Of a stretch of DNA of 64,000 nucleotides, positions 1 through 13,111 are shown in pieces (positions within the stretch are counted from its first letter, which is position 1; each line of letters opens with the position of its first letter). The stretch is taken from contig NC_087437.1 of the NCBI RefSeq assembly GCF_036321535.1, positions 32,242,001-32,306,000 of the forward strand, in the 5' to 3' direction. Source of the DNA: Camelus dromedarius. Its lineage: Eukaryota. Under the pieces are notes generated by a model. It ran no database searches and was not told the DNA's origin. It worked only from the letters and a program-made list of their open reading frames with translations. A program made the translations under genes and the position numbers.

Positions 1-1519
1 TTAGTTGTCATCAGGCCTCCTCACCCCATAACCTTCGTAAGACCCTGCTTCATAAATTGGACCCAAACAATTGGCTTGTGTTTCGAGTAGACAAAGCCTT
101 ATGGAAATGATACTTGCTAAGTGTTTTTATTGGACATCTGGGTAAGAGTTAGCCTTTGTCAGACCAGTCATGGACCAGAGCTAGCCTGACTCCTACACCC
201 TTGGTGGCAGTTTCTGCTCTTAGAAAACTCTTTTAAAATTCTTTTAAATTGAGAGGGAATGAGATTTGGATTCATTCTCTGCCCTCCAACTTTCTGCTTT
301 GATTTCTGATTCTGTGCCTGAGATTGAGGGTGTTCACGCTATTCCTCCTTCATCTGTAGGTCAGGTCTCTGCTTTTAGTGCCTCTCTTGCCCTCCATTTC
401 ACAGCAGGATGCCCTGGCATTGGGTGGAATCTCTGTAGCCCATGTGATATCCATGTCACACCAGAAAGCTGTCCCTCTGCTAAGGAATGGCAGGGTGGTT
501 TCAGGCCCTGGAGGGGCTAAGTTGGGTTCAACCAGCTTCAAAGAGTGACTGCGATTGTCTCTACCCTCACTTCTTCCTCTCAGTGAGCCCCCTGAGCCAA
601 ACTAATGTTGGATGCCAGTGGCATAGAACCTCCTCATTGTCTGTTTGACCCTCGGTGTGAAGGAGGGAAGTTAGTACAACTTCACTCCATTTCTTACTTG
701 TAAAACTGATCCTTCATTTAAAATAAATAAAAGCAATGAATCTGGTCTCCCTTGGGGGTTGGTTACCACATGAAAAAGACTGAGGAGCTTTCTGTAGTAT
801 TTTTCATTATTTGTACCATAATATAGAATTTTGTGTTGGGAAACACAGCCTTGACTTAATTCTAAAAATTTCTAAGCCAAAGGTAGAACATCACTTAGAT
901 GAGAAATTCAAGGACAAAGGCAGGAAGTAATCTGGCCAAATATGAAGCAAAAGCAAATAAAAAAAATATAGAAGAGGGGAAATGTTCAGAGTATTCAAAA
1001 GATGAATTTTATTCTTGTTTAAACTGAGAAAAATGTCCATTCCCCAAGAGAGATTGAATTCCCCCATGACTCAGAGTGCTGACAAGAATAACACACAGTC
1101 CTAGCATGTGGTACTCTCTGTCTTTTTATTGTTGCTCTTCTGAGAGATCTGGGGCTTTTTTAAATGTGGGATTGTAAAAAGTGTGCATCTCATGAAGGTG
1201 TTTATTTAACTCCTTCTGGTGAGGAGAAGGACCTTATTAAATGAAGTTTTCACATGAGTCCTCACTGTGCCTAGATGTGATTTTAGAATTAAGGAGGCAT
1301 AAATGTCATTGCAGTCTACTGATGATAAACAGTAGTTTTAAAATGTTTTCCAGGTGACAGAGCCATCTCACCTGGGACATCTGAGATGTGCTGTTCTCTG
1401 GAGGAAAGACCCTCAGCAAATCCAGAGTGCAGCATGGTCTTTGCTTTAGTCAGTCCCTGTACTAGCACCAACTAGAGAGCTGCAAACAGAACTTCTAAAG
1501 CCAAAGAATTCTGCCCTAA

Positions 1520-1605
1520 CCAGCTTTCGCCCCTCAGTTTGCTCAGTCAATAATGGATGGAACTGAATGACATCTTTAATAGGCTTTCCAGCTTTAGAAT
1601 TCTTT
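1520..1605 (+). mobile_element. MIR/MIR3 SINE fragment
   Basis: cctcagtttgctcagtcaataatgg...ctttccagctttagaattct resembles the MIR core and MIR3 tail. Confidence 0.5.
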
Positions 1606-3446
1606 GGCTATTCTCTATATTCAACTCCAGAGTTTTATTTGTTGGTTTTAATTCCTTTGGGTGTAGAACATTAAGAAAAGGAAGGCAAAGATCAGGAAAG
1701 GGAAACAAGAATGAGAAAGAACTTGGAGAAGAATGAAAAGAAGTAGGTTTATAGATAAGTAATGGGGTGAGAGAACTGTGGGAGGCAGATTAATTTCCTG
1801 TATCTCAGATTTAATATGAGGGGGAAATAGCTGATGATTTGCAGTGTAATTCTGTATGTAGTGTCAGAGTTAATAATCTACTTAACTTTTTACTTTAGAA
1901 AAGCATTCCAGGCGGCAGCACAGTTCATTCTATACTGCAGGCAGAGACCAGGATGGCCCAGTCGGGTGGTGCCGGGGGCAGAGCCATTATTGGTTAATGA
2001 GAAGGAACTGCAGAGTACAAACTGCAGCCTCCTCCACGGTGTGGCGGGAAACTTCATTTTGTCACTGCTCTTTGGGTGCTCGGATGCTTCCATGCCTCTT
2101 CCTCCCTGCAGCATGTTCATTCCAGAACATTCTGCCCCAACCAGGTCCATCAGTTACAAAACAAAGAGTGGGTTTCCCATCAAGGTTTTCTGCAACTGGC
2201 TACATTTTAGTTGACCTGAAAATCCGTGGGAATTACTCCCTCTGTTTCTAACTTTATTCCACAATCAGCAGTGGATCTTATCTTTTAACATACAGAATAA
2301 CAAAAAACACTCTGATGTCTTCTGTGTGGCATCCTGGTCTCTTAAAGCATTCAGGATTGAGTGAGGATTACACATCCCATCTGTTGTGGGTAATTGTAAA
2401 ATGTTTCATTTCCTTGGTGGGGGGGCTGTGGTAACACATTGATACTGTGGAGAGAAGTGGTTCTGGAAAAGATGACAAAGTTTTCTCAAAGTGGAACTGG
2501 CTGGTGTGAGCAGGCGCTCCATAAACAGTGGATCAAACACTGTGGAGTGGACTGACCTGTGGGTGTGGGCGTGGCTGGGAGGGGCCCCCAGTGCAGATGT
2601 CCCTCTCCCGTCCGGCGAGTGATGGGCTGTGATGAGGCCTGCAGCTACTCTCCAGATAGCACGTCTCTGTTCGGGGACTGTGCCGCTGCCAGCTGTTGCC
2701 CGGAGCTGCTTTGGTTGGAAAGTTACTTTATTATCCTCAAGCCTTAGGTCTGTCAGCTGCTATCCAGAGCTCAGCGAATTCTGTAGGCGGCTCTTGTGCC
2801 TTCTTTGTTTATGGAAACCACACCTCAGTACAATCCTTCATCGACATGGCAGCTCATTCAAGGGGTTTCTCTTAGCTTGTGCAAGAGGGATGGAGAGTTG
2901 GATCATTGATTGGAAACAGTAGATAAAATGAAGAGTCATTTAAAAAAACTAATACATACATACCATGGACATTTTCTTTGAGTTTAAAATATAAAACTGT
3001 ATTCATTCAGGAATCATTTGATGTAGGAGGGAAAAAGTCTTTTCTTTAAATCTGGGTCTGTTATTGGTCTTGTCTTTCACAAACCACATTTATAAAGCAT
3101 CATCTACACTTCTCAGTTTTGGGTTCCTTTAAAGTTATATCTACATTAGAGTAGATCAAGTATTTAAAGACACTCATAGAATAATCTGATAGCAGAGGCC
3201 TCCAGATTGTAATTGTCATCTTGTACCTTGATTCTTACAGTTGTCTCACTCACATATAATCGAACAATATTTTTAGGAGCTCCCTTTTGGCAAGACTTTC
3301 CAAAGTAGCCATCTTCATTTTTGTAGGAATAATCCCTTCCTTTTGCACGCATCTTTCATGGCTTTAAATAACATTTAGTTAAATTGTGTAACTGTATTAA
3401 ATTCAACAGGGCATACACAGGTGTTGAATCAAAAACAAGTGATTCT

Positions 3447-4020
3447 TAAAAGACACCTGCACACCAATGTACACAGCAGCACTATTTACAACAAGCAAGG
3501 TATGGAAGCAACCCAAGTACCCATCAACAGGTAACTGGACTAAGAAGATGCACTCTCTCTCTCTCTCTCAGAATATTACTCAGCCATAAAAAAATAATGA
3601 AATACTGCCATTTGCAACAATGTAGATAGACCTGGAGAATATTATGCCCATGACTTATGAAATAACTCAGAGAAAGACAAATATTATATGGTATCACTTA
3701 TATGTGAAATCTAAAAAGTAATACAAATGACTGTGTATGCAAAACAAAATCAGACTCACAGACACAGAAAACAAACTTTTGGTTACCAAAGGGAAGAGGG
3801 CAGGGGAGAGGGGCGAATCAAGGGAGCAGAATCAAGAGATACAAAGTACTATATATAAAACAGATAAGCAACAAGGATATACTGTGCAGCACAGGGAACT
3901 ATACCCATTATCTTGTAATAACCTATAATGGAATATAATCTGAAAAATACTGAATCACTATGCTGTACACCCAAAATTAATACAATATTTTAAATCAGCT
4001 ATACTTCAGTTAAAAATAAA
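3447..4020 (+). mobile_element. 5'-truncated L1 (artiodactyl-type 3' end)
   Basis: ORF2 end/3'UTR motifs (aaagacacctgcacaccaatg, ctgccatttgcaacaa, gaatcactatgctgtacac...ctatacttca), A-rich tail, degenerate TSD aaaaacaagtgattct (3431) / aaaataaaattgattcc (4013). Confidence 0.92.
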
Positions 4021-4340
4021 ATTGATTCCTGGTGAACTTACAACTCAACCAGTGGCAGCAGGGGGAGGCCTGTTCCCTTTTTGGCCCCCCAGGCTGGATG
4101 CCAGGAGCAAGGAGGCTTACCCAGGGCGTGAGTGAGTGACCATGCCTCTGCAGAACTTGTAGCTGGGGGTCACTAAGCCGCTTCTACTCTGATATACTCT
4201 TACCATGTCAAATGCAATGTGACAATCTTTAGCTGGGGAACAAAGATTGAAGTCCAGTTGCTGCTGAGTGTTCTGTGCAGTGGAGACAGCACACAGGAAG
4301 AGAGATCACTTTTGGCTAAAATGAGCAACCAGAAGGCAGC

Positions 4341-4734
4341 TGTTACGTGCTGAACTGTGTTCCCCCAAAGTTCGTATGTTGAAGTCCTAATTCCTAATGC
4401 CTCGGACTGTAACTGTATTTGGAGATAGGTCTGTGAAGGTAATTAAATTAAAATGAAATCTTCAGAGTGGGCCCTCAGCCAGTATGACTGGTCTTATAAG
4501 AGGAAATTTGGATACAGACTCCAACAGAGGGGGGATGACGTGAAGACACAGGGAGAAAACGGCCATCTATAAGCCAAGGAGAGAGTGTCCTCCCCTCCAA
4601 GCCCTTAGAAGGAATCAACTCAGTTGATCCCTTGCCCTCAGTCTTCTAACCTTCAGAACTGTGAGAAAATAATATCTGTTGTCTAAGCCACTCAGTCTGT
4701 GGTGCTTCGAATGGCAGCCCTAGCAAACTAATGC
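4341..4734 (+). mobile_element. MaLR solo LTR (MLT1A/B-like)
   Basis: Starts tgttacgtgctgaactgtgttccccc, contains tatgttgaagtcctaa and gtatttggagatagg, ends ggcagccctagcaaactaat. Confidence 0.9.
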
Positions 4735-4739
4735 CGAAA

Positions 4740-5050
4740 GCTTTAAGGAAGACGGAATATTTGATGTGGGCTTAAAAGGATGGGTAGGTTAGCAGTAGAT
4801 CAAGGTAAGAGGAAGAAAATTCCAGGCAGTTGGAAGAGCAAGGCTTGGAGGTGGGTAAGTATTTGAGCGCTAATGAGAAGACAGTTTGGCTAGAGGAGGG
4901 CTACTGTAGGGCAGTCGTAGAAGACTAGAAGAGGTGGGTCAGAGTCCAGAGCCTTGAGGGCCACCTGTGGGCAGTGGGACTCACTGAAGGTTCTGGAGAA
5001 ATGACATGATCAAAGCAGCATATCTAGTGTGGCGCTGTTGGAGAAGGCTG
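4740..5050 (-). mobile_element. L2 LINE fragment
   Basis: aattccaggcag...gcaaggcttggagg...cactgaaggttctggag...gacatgatc pattern typical of antisense L2. Confidence 0.7.
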
Positions 5051-5629
5051 CTCCGCACCTGCTAAGGTCCCTGTGTCTGTCAGCCATGTGAGCCTGACCT
5101 GCTTCTAGGGGTGGCTGACGACACTGCTTGGAAGTAGGGTGAGCAGCATGGGCAGGAGAGTCAGGACTCACTGCTACATGTGAGTGAGAAGGCATTCCTG
5201 CCTTATTCACTTCCATCCCTTACTATGACCATCACTCATGCCCCCCGCCAACACACACGCTCAAGAAAAAAAAGAGGCTTGTCGGGCATCTTGACATTAT
5301 TTGCTTCTTCGTTGAGCAAAGAGTGGACAGTGTGAGTGGCAGAAGTCAGGAGGCACACTTAAGCTTGGGGTTTCTGATGAAAGTCCCAGCCCAACTCAGG
5401 AGGGAGGAACTAAACTTTAGTTCATCTTTGGGTTAATGTGATGTTTCTCACATTGAGGTGTTGAAACTGAAATAGCATTTTATCTGGCTTGCAAGTCTTA
5501 AAAGCCTGTATAACTGTATATAGTAACTCCTGGAGAGCCTTTCAAATCATTGGTGCTTAGCATTTGTGAATAAATGCAGTAATGCTCATTTCCATGGTTT
5601 CTGATAATGCTCATAGCCTGTTGCATTTG

Positions 5630-5836
5630 AAGAGGTTTCTCAGGCCTCCACCCATACTAGCTGTTCCAGAGCCTCATGACATTTTAAAAAATGATTTGCT
5701 CAGGAAAGATTGTTAAGAACAAGGCCCCACCAGGAGAGAGTCTGATTCAGTAGGTCTGGGATAAGGTCTGGGTACATTTATTTATAAGAAGTTCTGCAGA
5801 TGATTTTGACATATCGCTGAGGTTGAAAAATCATTG
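5630..5836. mobile_element. hAT-Charlie MITE (MER5-like)
   Basis: tctgattcagtaggtctggg core, gatgattttga...ggttgaaaaatcattg end. Confidence 0.75.
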
Positions 5837-7919
5837 ATTACATTCAACTTTTCAAACTTTTATAACAGCTTTAAGAGCAAGGTTAAATTTGATACCAAAG
5901 AATTTAATCCTCATGCTTCTAATTTTATCAAACTGAATTAGCTTATCTAGAAAAAGTCTTTGCCAATCCAGGAACCAAAGTAGTGACTTCAAAACAGCCA
6001 TGTCTGCTTTCAACCCTGATTTAAAGAGATGCCCTTCTCTTTCTCTTAACTGCCTCAAATCAAACAAGCAAAACAAAACCACCTGAACAAAAGACAGAAA
6101 ATCTATTTACCTAAACAAGTCTCTTCCCAGAACCACCCCCAACTAACATCAATTAAGCTGAAATATCTGTCTTTATCAAAACTTGTCCATAAACTTAGGT
6201 GTGCAAGAAACGGGACTTGACTTTTCTATAACTCAACTCAGTTTCTATTTCAAGATCTCATTCCATAGGAAGCAAATCTTAGTTTTAGTCAATAAAACTA
6301 CCTCTTTCCCAGGAGCTGCACTAAGTCACTAGGAATTTAAATTAGCAGGGTATGGGAGTAGATGGTCAACAGGGAGGTCTGAGTCATCATTTGCTCCTGG
6401 TGGTATCACTGAAATGTCCCCCTTTCTGTCTGGTCCTTTCTGCTATGTCATCCCTCACATCACCTGCAAGGCTTTGGGCATCCACTAATTTCCACGCTTC
6501 TCCTGCGTACAAGATGAGGCTGTTGCTTCTACCCTACATTGGGCAGGGGTCAACTACGTGGTTGCCTTTGGTGAATTTATGTTGTTATAAGAGGCAGCCA
6601 TTTCTACAGCTCTCCACACTCTGCCTGGGAAAGAGGGATGGGTTTCCTCCATTTCATTGTGTTTTCTATTGCAAGTCCCCTTCCCTCAAGGGCCCCAGCA
6701 TCTAAGCTTCATTGCCCCTCGTTCTGCTGTGGAGAATCCCTTCTAATCCCTGGGGCAGCAAACCTTGTATTTACACAGTCAAGACTCTGCACAAATCTGT
6801 TGTATTGTTGCTGCCCTAGCATCCTTTCAATTTTCCTTTGAGAGTTGGACTTTTGAAGGAATCAGAGAAAATGCCTCGCTCTCCTCTTCAGGTACTATCA
6901 CTTGTTCCCTGAGGCAATAAGCAGCCAGCTAAAAGCATCAGGAACAAGGAGGAATGGAAATAGAAAGTTAGACTTTCTCTGAAATTCATTTGCTTCAGCC
7001 TTGGTTGAAATTATGACCAAAGCCAGAAGATCATAAGCTTCAGTGATTAATTTAATAAAGAACTTTGAAGAATGTTGGCACAGGGTTTGGTGAATACAAT
7101 GCACCAAATTAGCTAGAACATCTTAATATATAATAGCAGGAAAATGGAAGATGTTTACCTTACACACACTGAGAATATAAACAGCAGGGTTGGGGTGAAG
7201 ATCTTTTTTTCTTCATATTTGTATTTATTCTGTATCTTGTTATCATTAAACCATTCTCTGCCTGGATTGCAAAAATTTCCTTGGGGAAATATACTGACTC
7301 TAAACTTTATTGTTATATTCTATGGACTACATCCATCCTTAATCTCAGAGACATGGTTGCTTGGAATGGGAAATTGCATTTACTCACCCTAAGTTTGTGA
7401 AAGGAAATTGAGTTTGATAGAATGTTTATTGCTAGAAACCAAGTTCACTCACCTGAAGTTGTAATGTACACACCAGCTTGGCCTCTCTAATTTCGTTCTG
7501 TTACTTTATTCTTATATAAGGGCCTTGACTTCATTTAGTTAGAAGGCATCAAGCCCTTTACTTAGCTTTCTCCCTATAAGCCTGTTTGAAAAACTCCAAG
7601 ACTCTCTAACAGAAGTAGTTTTAAAGAGCAATATGAACTTAAGTTTTCTTCCACGAGTGAAAAAAAGGAAATACCAAGGAAAAACCCATTAATACTTGAC
7701 GCTAATATTCTGCCACAAAAGTTGGTGCTTTTCTAACATTTCTTAGTGGCAAATACACAACTTCTGAGTGATGTCACTGAAGAGGATATAGACCAGAGAA
7801 AAGTCAAGGAATTAGGACACATATATTCAGTTTCTCAGGTCACGTGCTCAGTTCTATCTTGGTATCCAAGATGCTACCACCATAAAAGAAATTACCTTGG
7901 TAAAATTCATTCACGTGAA

Positions 7920-8073
7920 CTCACTGGTTATGTATACTATCTTTGTCTCCCCATTAGTATACATATGTCATTAGGGGAGAGACTTTGTTCATTGTATCCC
8001 CAAGATATCCTACCAGGATGGCGTAGGCAGTCGATAAATATTTGCTGAAATAAGAAAATGAATGAACGAATGA
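7920..8073 (+). mobile_element. L2 3' end
   Basis: ttcattgtatcccca...gtaggcagtcgataaatatttgctgaa followed by an (atga)n tail. Confidence 0.75.
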
Positions 8074-8569
8074 ATTCTCCCAGGATTCTGCGTGGACTTT
8101 CACCCTATATTTTTGGAAGTACAGTCAGAGAGAAATGTCAGATTTTAGTACACAGGTGTTAAAACAATCAGCATGCCAACATTGGCCATGCTGCTTTTAG
8201 AGCAAGAATCCTTTCCTAAATATTCTAGACACACAACTTACTGGTGTGGTACAAGACTCTATGGAAAGCTTGCCCCGTGCCCACTTTGAGGGGGTGGGCT
8301 CAGTCCCTCTGTCTGGTAGGATACACCTGTGTATTTGCAAAAGGGTATTTTCCTACCAGTAGTTGATATAATTTTGCTATGTGGATAATCACTGAGATTT
8401 GGAGGTGGGGCCCAGAGGGGAAGGAGCAAAAACACCCTGCCTGCTTTCATTCCTCTGGCAGTATATCCCCAAGGAATCAAGTAGTCTACAAAAGCAATTA
8501 CAGCTTCTGGGGCACTCTACATGGACATGTGAAGAGTTTTAAAAAAACACAACAAACATACACAGAAAT

Positions 8570-8665
8570 CTTCCTATTTCCCAGTTGTGTAGTGGGTGTA
8601 AAGGACTTAACATTTCGGTTGGCACATGGTGAGTCCTCAATGAAAGGTTGCTATTATCATTACAA
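8570..8665 (+). mobile_element. MIR 3' fragment
   Basis: tgtaaaggacttaaca...tggcacatggtgagtcctcaatgaaaggttgctattat. Confidence 0.65.
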
Positions 8666-8781
8666 ACCATAGAGGCTCCTGTTATTGGAGGTTTGTATCT
8701 TTGTCCTGACTGGTGGAGGTGCTTTGCGAGGGATACGTCACCCAATCTAGAAAGCCAGAGCTGCAAGTCATGAACCAATCA

Positions 8782-8900
8782 ATCTCCCTCATTTTACAGG
8801 CAAGGACACTGAGGCCTCAGGAAGCTAAACGACTTAGACAAAGTCATACAGGGAGACTGGAAGGCCTGAGCCGAATCCCCAGGCCCTGAGCCTGCTGTGA
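8782..8900 (-). mobile_element. MIR fragment
   Basis: ccctcattttacagg...actgaggcctcaggaagctaaacgacttagacaaagtcataca. Confidence 0.75.
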
Positions 8901-10914
8901 TTTCCACCAGCCCAGCCTGGGACTTTTCAGACAGACAGAGCCTACAGGTATGTCTGAGCAAGGCCTCTGGCACTGCTCGTATCATTTACAGACACTGGGG
9001 AAGAGCAAGGGTGGGTTACACATCTTACAGGAAGAGAAAAACATCCCATGAGACCCAGAGAAAACTCTGTATCTGTTTGGGCCTCAATTTTAGAGCCTGA
9101 ATAAAAGTATAGTCTTTTGGAATCACTTAATTTTTGGTAAGGAAAGAACAGTTCATTGATTTAGATGAATCAATTGCCAGCAGTCTCTTCCGTCTATAAA
9201 TTTAAGTAAACTAAGTCATCATCAAGTGTAAACACAAGATAATGCTCCCCTATTCCATTTTCTTTTTTCCTGAGACCTTCACATCCAGCATTATTTGGGG
9301 GGGAAAATTAAATTAGCCAGCGCTTTTTATGAGGAAAGCTATCCCCTCACCCCCTGTAGATCTGATCCAGAGAAACTGAGGCCCATGGAGATTATGTTCT
9401 GAAGTTGATTTTTCTTCTACTTTTGCTCTCACTGGGGTTCATTCTGAAAAACATGATTCTTTTTAGGTTTCAGATGCTCACTAGTCACTTTATTTTTAAA
9501 TCAGTGTCTTTTCAGAGTATTCTTCAACATCAAGGGAAATTGAAATGTTATATTTTCTTTGGTCTTTTAACCTTGGGATTTAGAGTTTGATTTAGTTATT
9601 CCTCTCAAGATACGTGATTAATCCTAATCTGACTCCTCATGGGGACAGAATAGATTAAGACACAGCTAGCAGATGAAAAGTAAACTTGTCTCCAACATTT
9701 CAGAGCAGCATTTCTGAAGAGTAGATGCAAAGTTTGGAGAACTTTAGACAGGGCATGGTGGGAAGACCTTGGTAAGGAAGGCTCTTGAGTGTTTTGAATT
9801 TTTAATTATTCTTATTTTGGAATGAGAATCACATAGATGTTAGTTTAGAATGTTTTGCCTTGGCTTTTGAACGAAATTTTTGTAAAAAGGGAAATAAGTT
9901 TACTTTAGCTCACCAAACTGCCAGGTGGCTCAGTTTGGGGCTGTACAATAATTTGATTATGAAGTCACAATATAACAAATGGATTTCTAGGCAGAATTTC
10001 TTGAAAATAATGGATAAAAACTGCCAGCAATTCACTAACGCCAGAAGATGCTATAATAGTTGGTAAATACCTTGTCTGATGCCCTGTAATGACTTACAGA
10101 GCAAATCACTTAAGTCCTTTGTTAATTTATTTTTTCTTGGTCTCACAAGATGTTAGAGAAACATATGCTTCCTATTGTTTTCTTCATCTTTTAAAACTTT
10201 GGTGTAAGTGTAAAAATAATGACTGTCACAAAAACTGGCAGAAGAACCCTAGGATTTTATTTTTATATTTTAAGAGGAGATCCTAGATTTTCCAGATTCT
10301 ATCAGATTGCAGTTTCTGCCATCTCTATGATGCTTGGGAGGTCTCATGATTACAAAAATGACTGTTGGATTTATTTTGAATTTGGGTTCTATGAATCTTT
10401 CTAGTCAGTTCTTTTGCTGACATTGCAAATATTGAAAGGCTTCTACATTATCAGGAAAGGGAAATCCAGTGTTTCTTTTAAGCTGGGATCTTTTTTGTTG
10501 TTCAAAGTCTCTGCAAAGGGACTATTGTTTCTGAGTCTATCTCTCAGTCTGTTTCCTAACAGTTCATGCAAAATACTTGGGAAATGTTGCTGGTGCTTTT
10601 CTAAAACAGACTGCTGATTGAGCAACTTCTCCTTTAACACACAACTTTTGGATCCTTAAGAAAACAAACAAAACTAGGAACAATGTCTGAGAAAGGTGGT
10701 ATTAAGGATCAATACCAGTGATCATTAAAATAAGCCTAGTCTGAAGTAGTCACAGAATTTTCCAAATAGTGTGTATTTGCAGTAGGAGGATAGAAATGGC
10801 CTTAATTTTCACTCAGCAGACACTTACCAAGGGCTTGTCACTCACAAGGGACTGGAAAGAATTCAAGAACATATGTCATTGCTTCTGAGCATCTCAGAGT
10901 AGGGTCTATAGAGC

Positions 10915-11012
10915 ATCAGTACTGAACCTGTATTCAAGATGCAGGTCCAAGGGCCCTACCCAGACCTATTGAATCAGAACATCTTGGGGTGAAACCCAGG
11001 TGCCTGCATTTA
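10915..11012. mobile_element. MER5-like fragment
   Basis: gggccctacccagacctattgaatcagaa...ggggtgaaacccagg...ctgcattt. Confidence 0.7.
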
Positions 11013-11829
11013 GTCACAGTCATATGCATTACAGTTGTAGAATGATTACACTGGGGCCTCACATTTTCTACATGGGGAAACAGACTTGTGGGTAAATGAT
11101 GCAAATTCTTGAAAGGCAGGCAGATGAACTGAGCTGTAATAAAGTTACAAAACCTTTCAGGACACAACAACTCAAGAGGAGAAGGAAGCATGGTTCTAAG
11201 TTAACTGCTCTCAGGGAACACTGAAAGGTGAGGCTTTATCCAGGTGTAAGCAGGGTATCAAAGTCAATATTAAACCATGTCTGGGAAGTTGAGTACTGTA
11301 CCCCATGGAGGATAGTAGATTTCCAAAATCATCCCAGCCAGGGGACCTGCACTAGCTCTGGTCCACAGTCCCCCTTTCTGTCAGTGACACTGTCAGTCTG
11401 CTACCTCTAGCCTAAAGCTTCATCCAAACAGAATCTCCCCTTTTCAAGCCAAAATCCATGGAAGTAAGAGAGTGGGAGAATTGGAAAGGGAAAAGCAACG
11501 TACTGTGTATATTTAGGCTGGGACGTAGCATGGTATAAGCAGAAAGAGATCTGGTTTCTTAATCCAGCAGTAGCTGCATGATTGTTGGCGCAGTAATTCC
11601 TCAGGGTCTCAGCATCATTCCTTGTGAATGAAGTTCTTTTTGATTCCTCAGCTGCATTTCAGCTGAGGCTGATTTGATTTGTGAGCCTCAGTGTCCTATC
11701 TAATTGATTTGCAAGGGACAGTGTCTTATCTAATTGCATGGTTGTTTAGACAAGCAAAGCCTAGAAATCTCACTGGCCTTAAGCCTGTCCTGTAATCCAG
11801 TCAGGAATCAGCATCCCCTTCTGCAGGTG

Positions 11830-12045
11830 CAACGGTTAGGAGAACAAGCTTTACAAGCAAGTCATCCACAGTGTCAGCTCCAGCTCTGTCACTCACTAGC
11901 TGTGTGACCTGGAACGGACTTCTTCCACCCTCAGCTCTTCACCGTTTACATCAGGATAATAACACCCATCTCAGTGTACTGTTAAGAGTACTACTGTTTA
12001 TGAGATGCCAGCTCCGTGCCTGATAGATACTGTTAAAAAATGACT
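11830..12045 (+). mobile_element. MIR SINE
   Basis: ccagctctgtcactcactagctgtgtgacctgg...ggataataacacccatctca. Confidence 0.75.
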
Positions 12046-12084
12046 AATTTAGGTGATACAAACAAACTTTAACCCTTCATGAAG

Positions 12085-12530
12085 CTGACAGGCTCCATTC
12101 CAAGAACTGCAAAATGGGGCAGAAGAAGGAAAGCTTTTACAAGATAAAGAATTAAAAAATTAAGAAAGAATGGTGATCATTTTGTAATGTATAGAAATAT
12201 TGAATCATTATGCTGGGGTCCTGAAACTAACACAGTGTTGTAGATCAGTTATATTTCAATTAAAGAGAAAAAAAAAAAGAAAGAAAAGAATAAGGAAGGG
12301 AAAAACAGAAAATATCTGACTGGCTGGAGCCACAAAGTCAACTTTGTTTGGGGTGTGAAGGAGGAAGGAAATAAAGCTAGAGCCCAGAGCAGGCTTGGGT
12401 TTGGGGAGTGGCTGACTGGATATATTGGGCTTCTGGTCAAGTAGAACAATTACAGGGACACTAAAGTTATTTAAGTTTTGATTTACTGACATGGTGCCCC
12501 CAGCAGGAGTGCTCCCTCTTGGGCTTAGGC
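12085..12530 (-). mobile_element. Probable decayed LTR, interrupted by a short L1 tail
   Basis: LTR-like antisense composition (atctgactggct...tggctgactgg...ttgatttactgac); family not identified. Confidence 0.35.
12170..12290 (+). mobile_element. Short L1 3' end (L1MA9-like)
   Basis: tggtgatcattttgtaatgtatagaaatattgaatcattatgc...cctgaaactaac...tatttcaat plus A-rich tail. Confidence 0.85.
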
Positions 12531-12806
12531 ATAGAAGCTTCTTCTGTAGTTCTTCTGTATGAACGTCTATCTTAGAGGAGTGTCATATTCAAAAAGGAAG
12601 GGCCACCATTTATGTCCATCAAAAATTTAAAAAACATAATGTGTAATCCATTGCAGTGACATATCTCAAATATTTGACATCTGGAGTGGATCCTTTTTTA
12701 ACATTCCCTCCTCTATGATAAAATCATTTTTATCAATGATCACATAATAATCACCAACAATCATTATTTTCTCCGTTCATTCTTTGGTTTAGAAACAAAT
12801 AATTAA

Positions 12807-13111
12807 TCCTCCCACCCCTTCCCCTTTGGTAACTATAAATTTGTTTTCTATGGGGTGGGGGAGGGGTGCAGGAGGAAATAAATTAAGAGTACAGGATTAG
12901 CAGAGGATGCACACTACCATGTATAGAATAGATAAACAACAAGGATTCACTGTGTAGCACAGGGAATCATAGTCAATATCTTATAATAAACCATAATGGA
13001 AAAGAATAAAGGAAAGAATATAGATACATACATACATAGATGTATAACTGAATGACTGCTGTACACCTGAAACTAACACAATATTGTAAAGCAACAAAAA
13101 AGAAAAAATCC
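12807..13111 (+). mobile_element. 5'-truncated L1 with inverted 5' segment
   Basis: 12808-12852 is antisense L1 3'UTR, ~12853-13100 is sense 3'UTR; direct repeat caaataattaa at 12796 and 13112. Confidence 0.85.

Noticed and set aside
1834..2251. Three overlapping ORFs (84-126 aa) in the CpG-richer segment
   Set aside because: No recognisable domain, they overlap on both strands, and I found no convincing splice context. Regulatory DNA is the simpler reading.
3164..3352. 62-aa minus-strand ORF with a nearby gtgagt donor-like site
   Set aside because: No recognisable homology and no partner exon or clear acceptor. A BLASTX or RNA-seq check would be needed.
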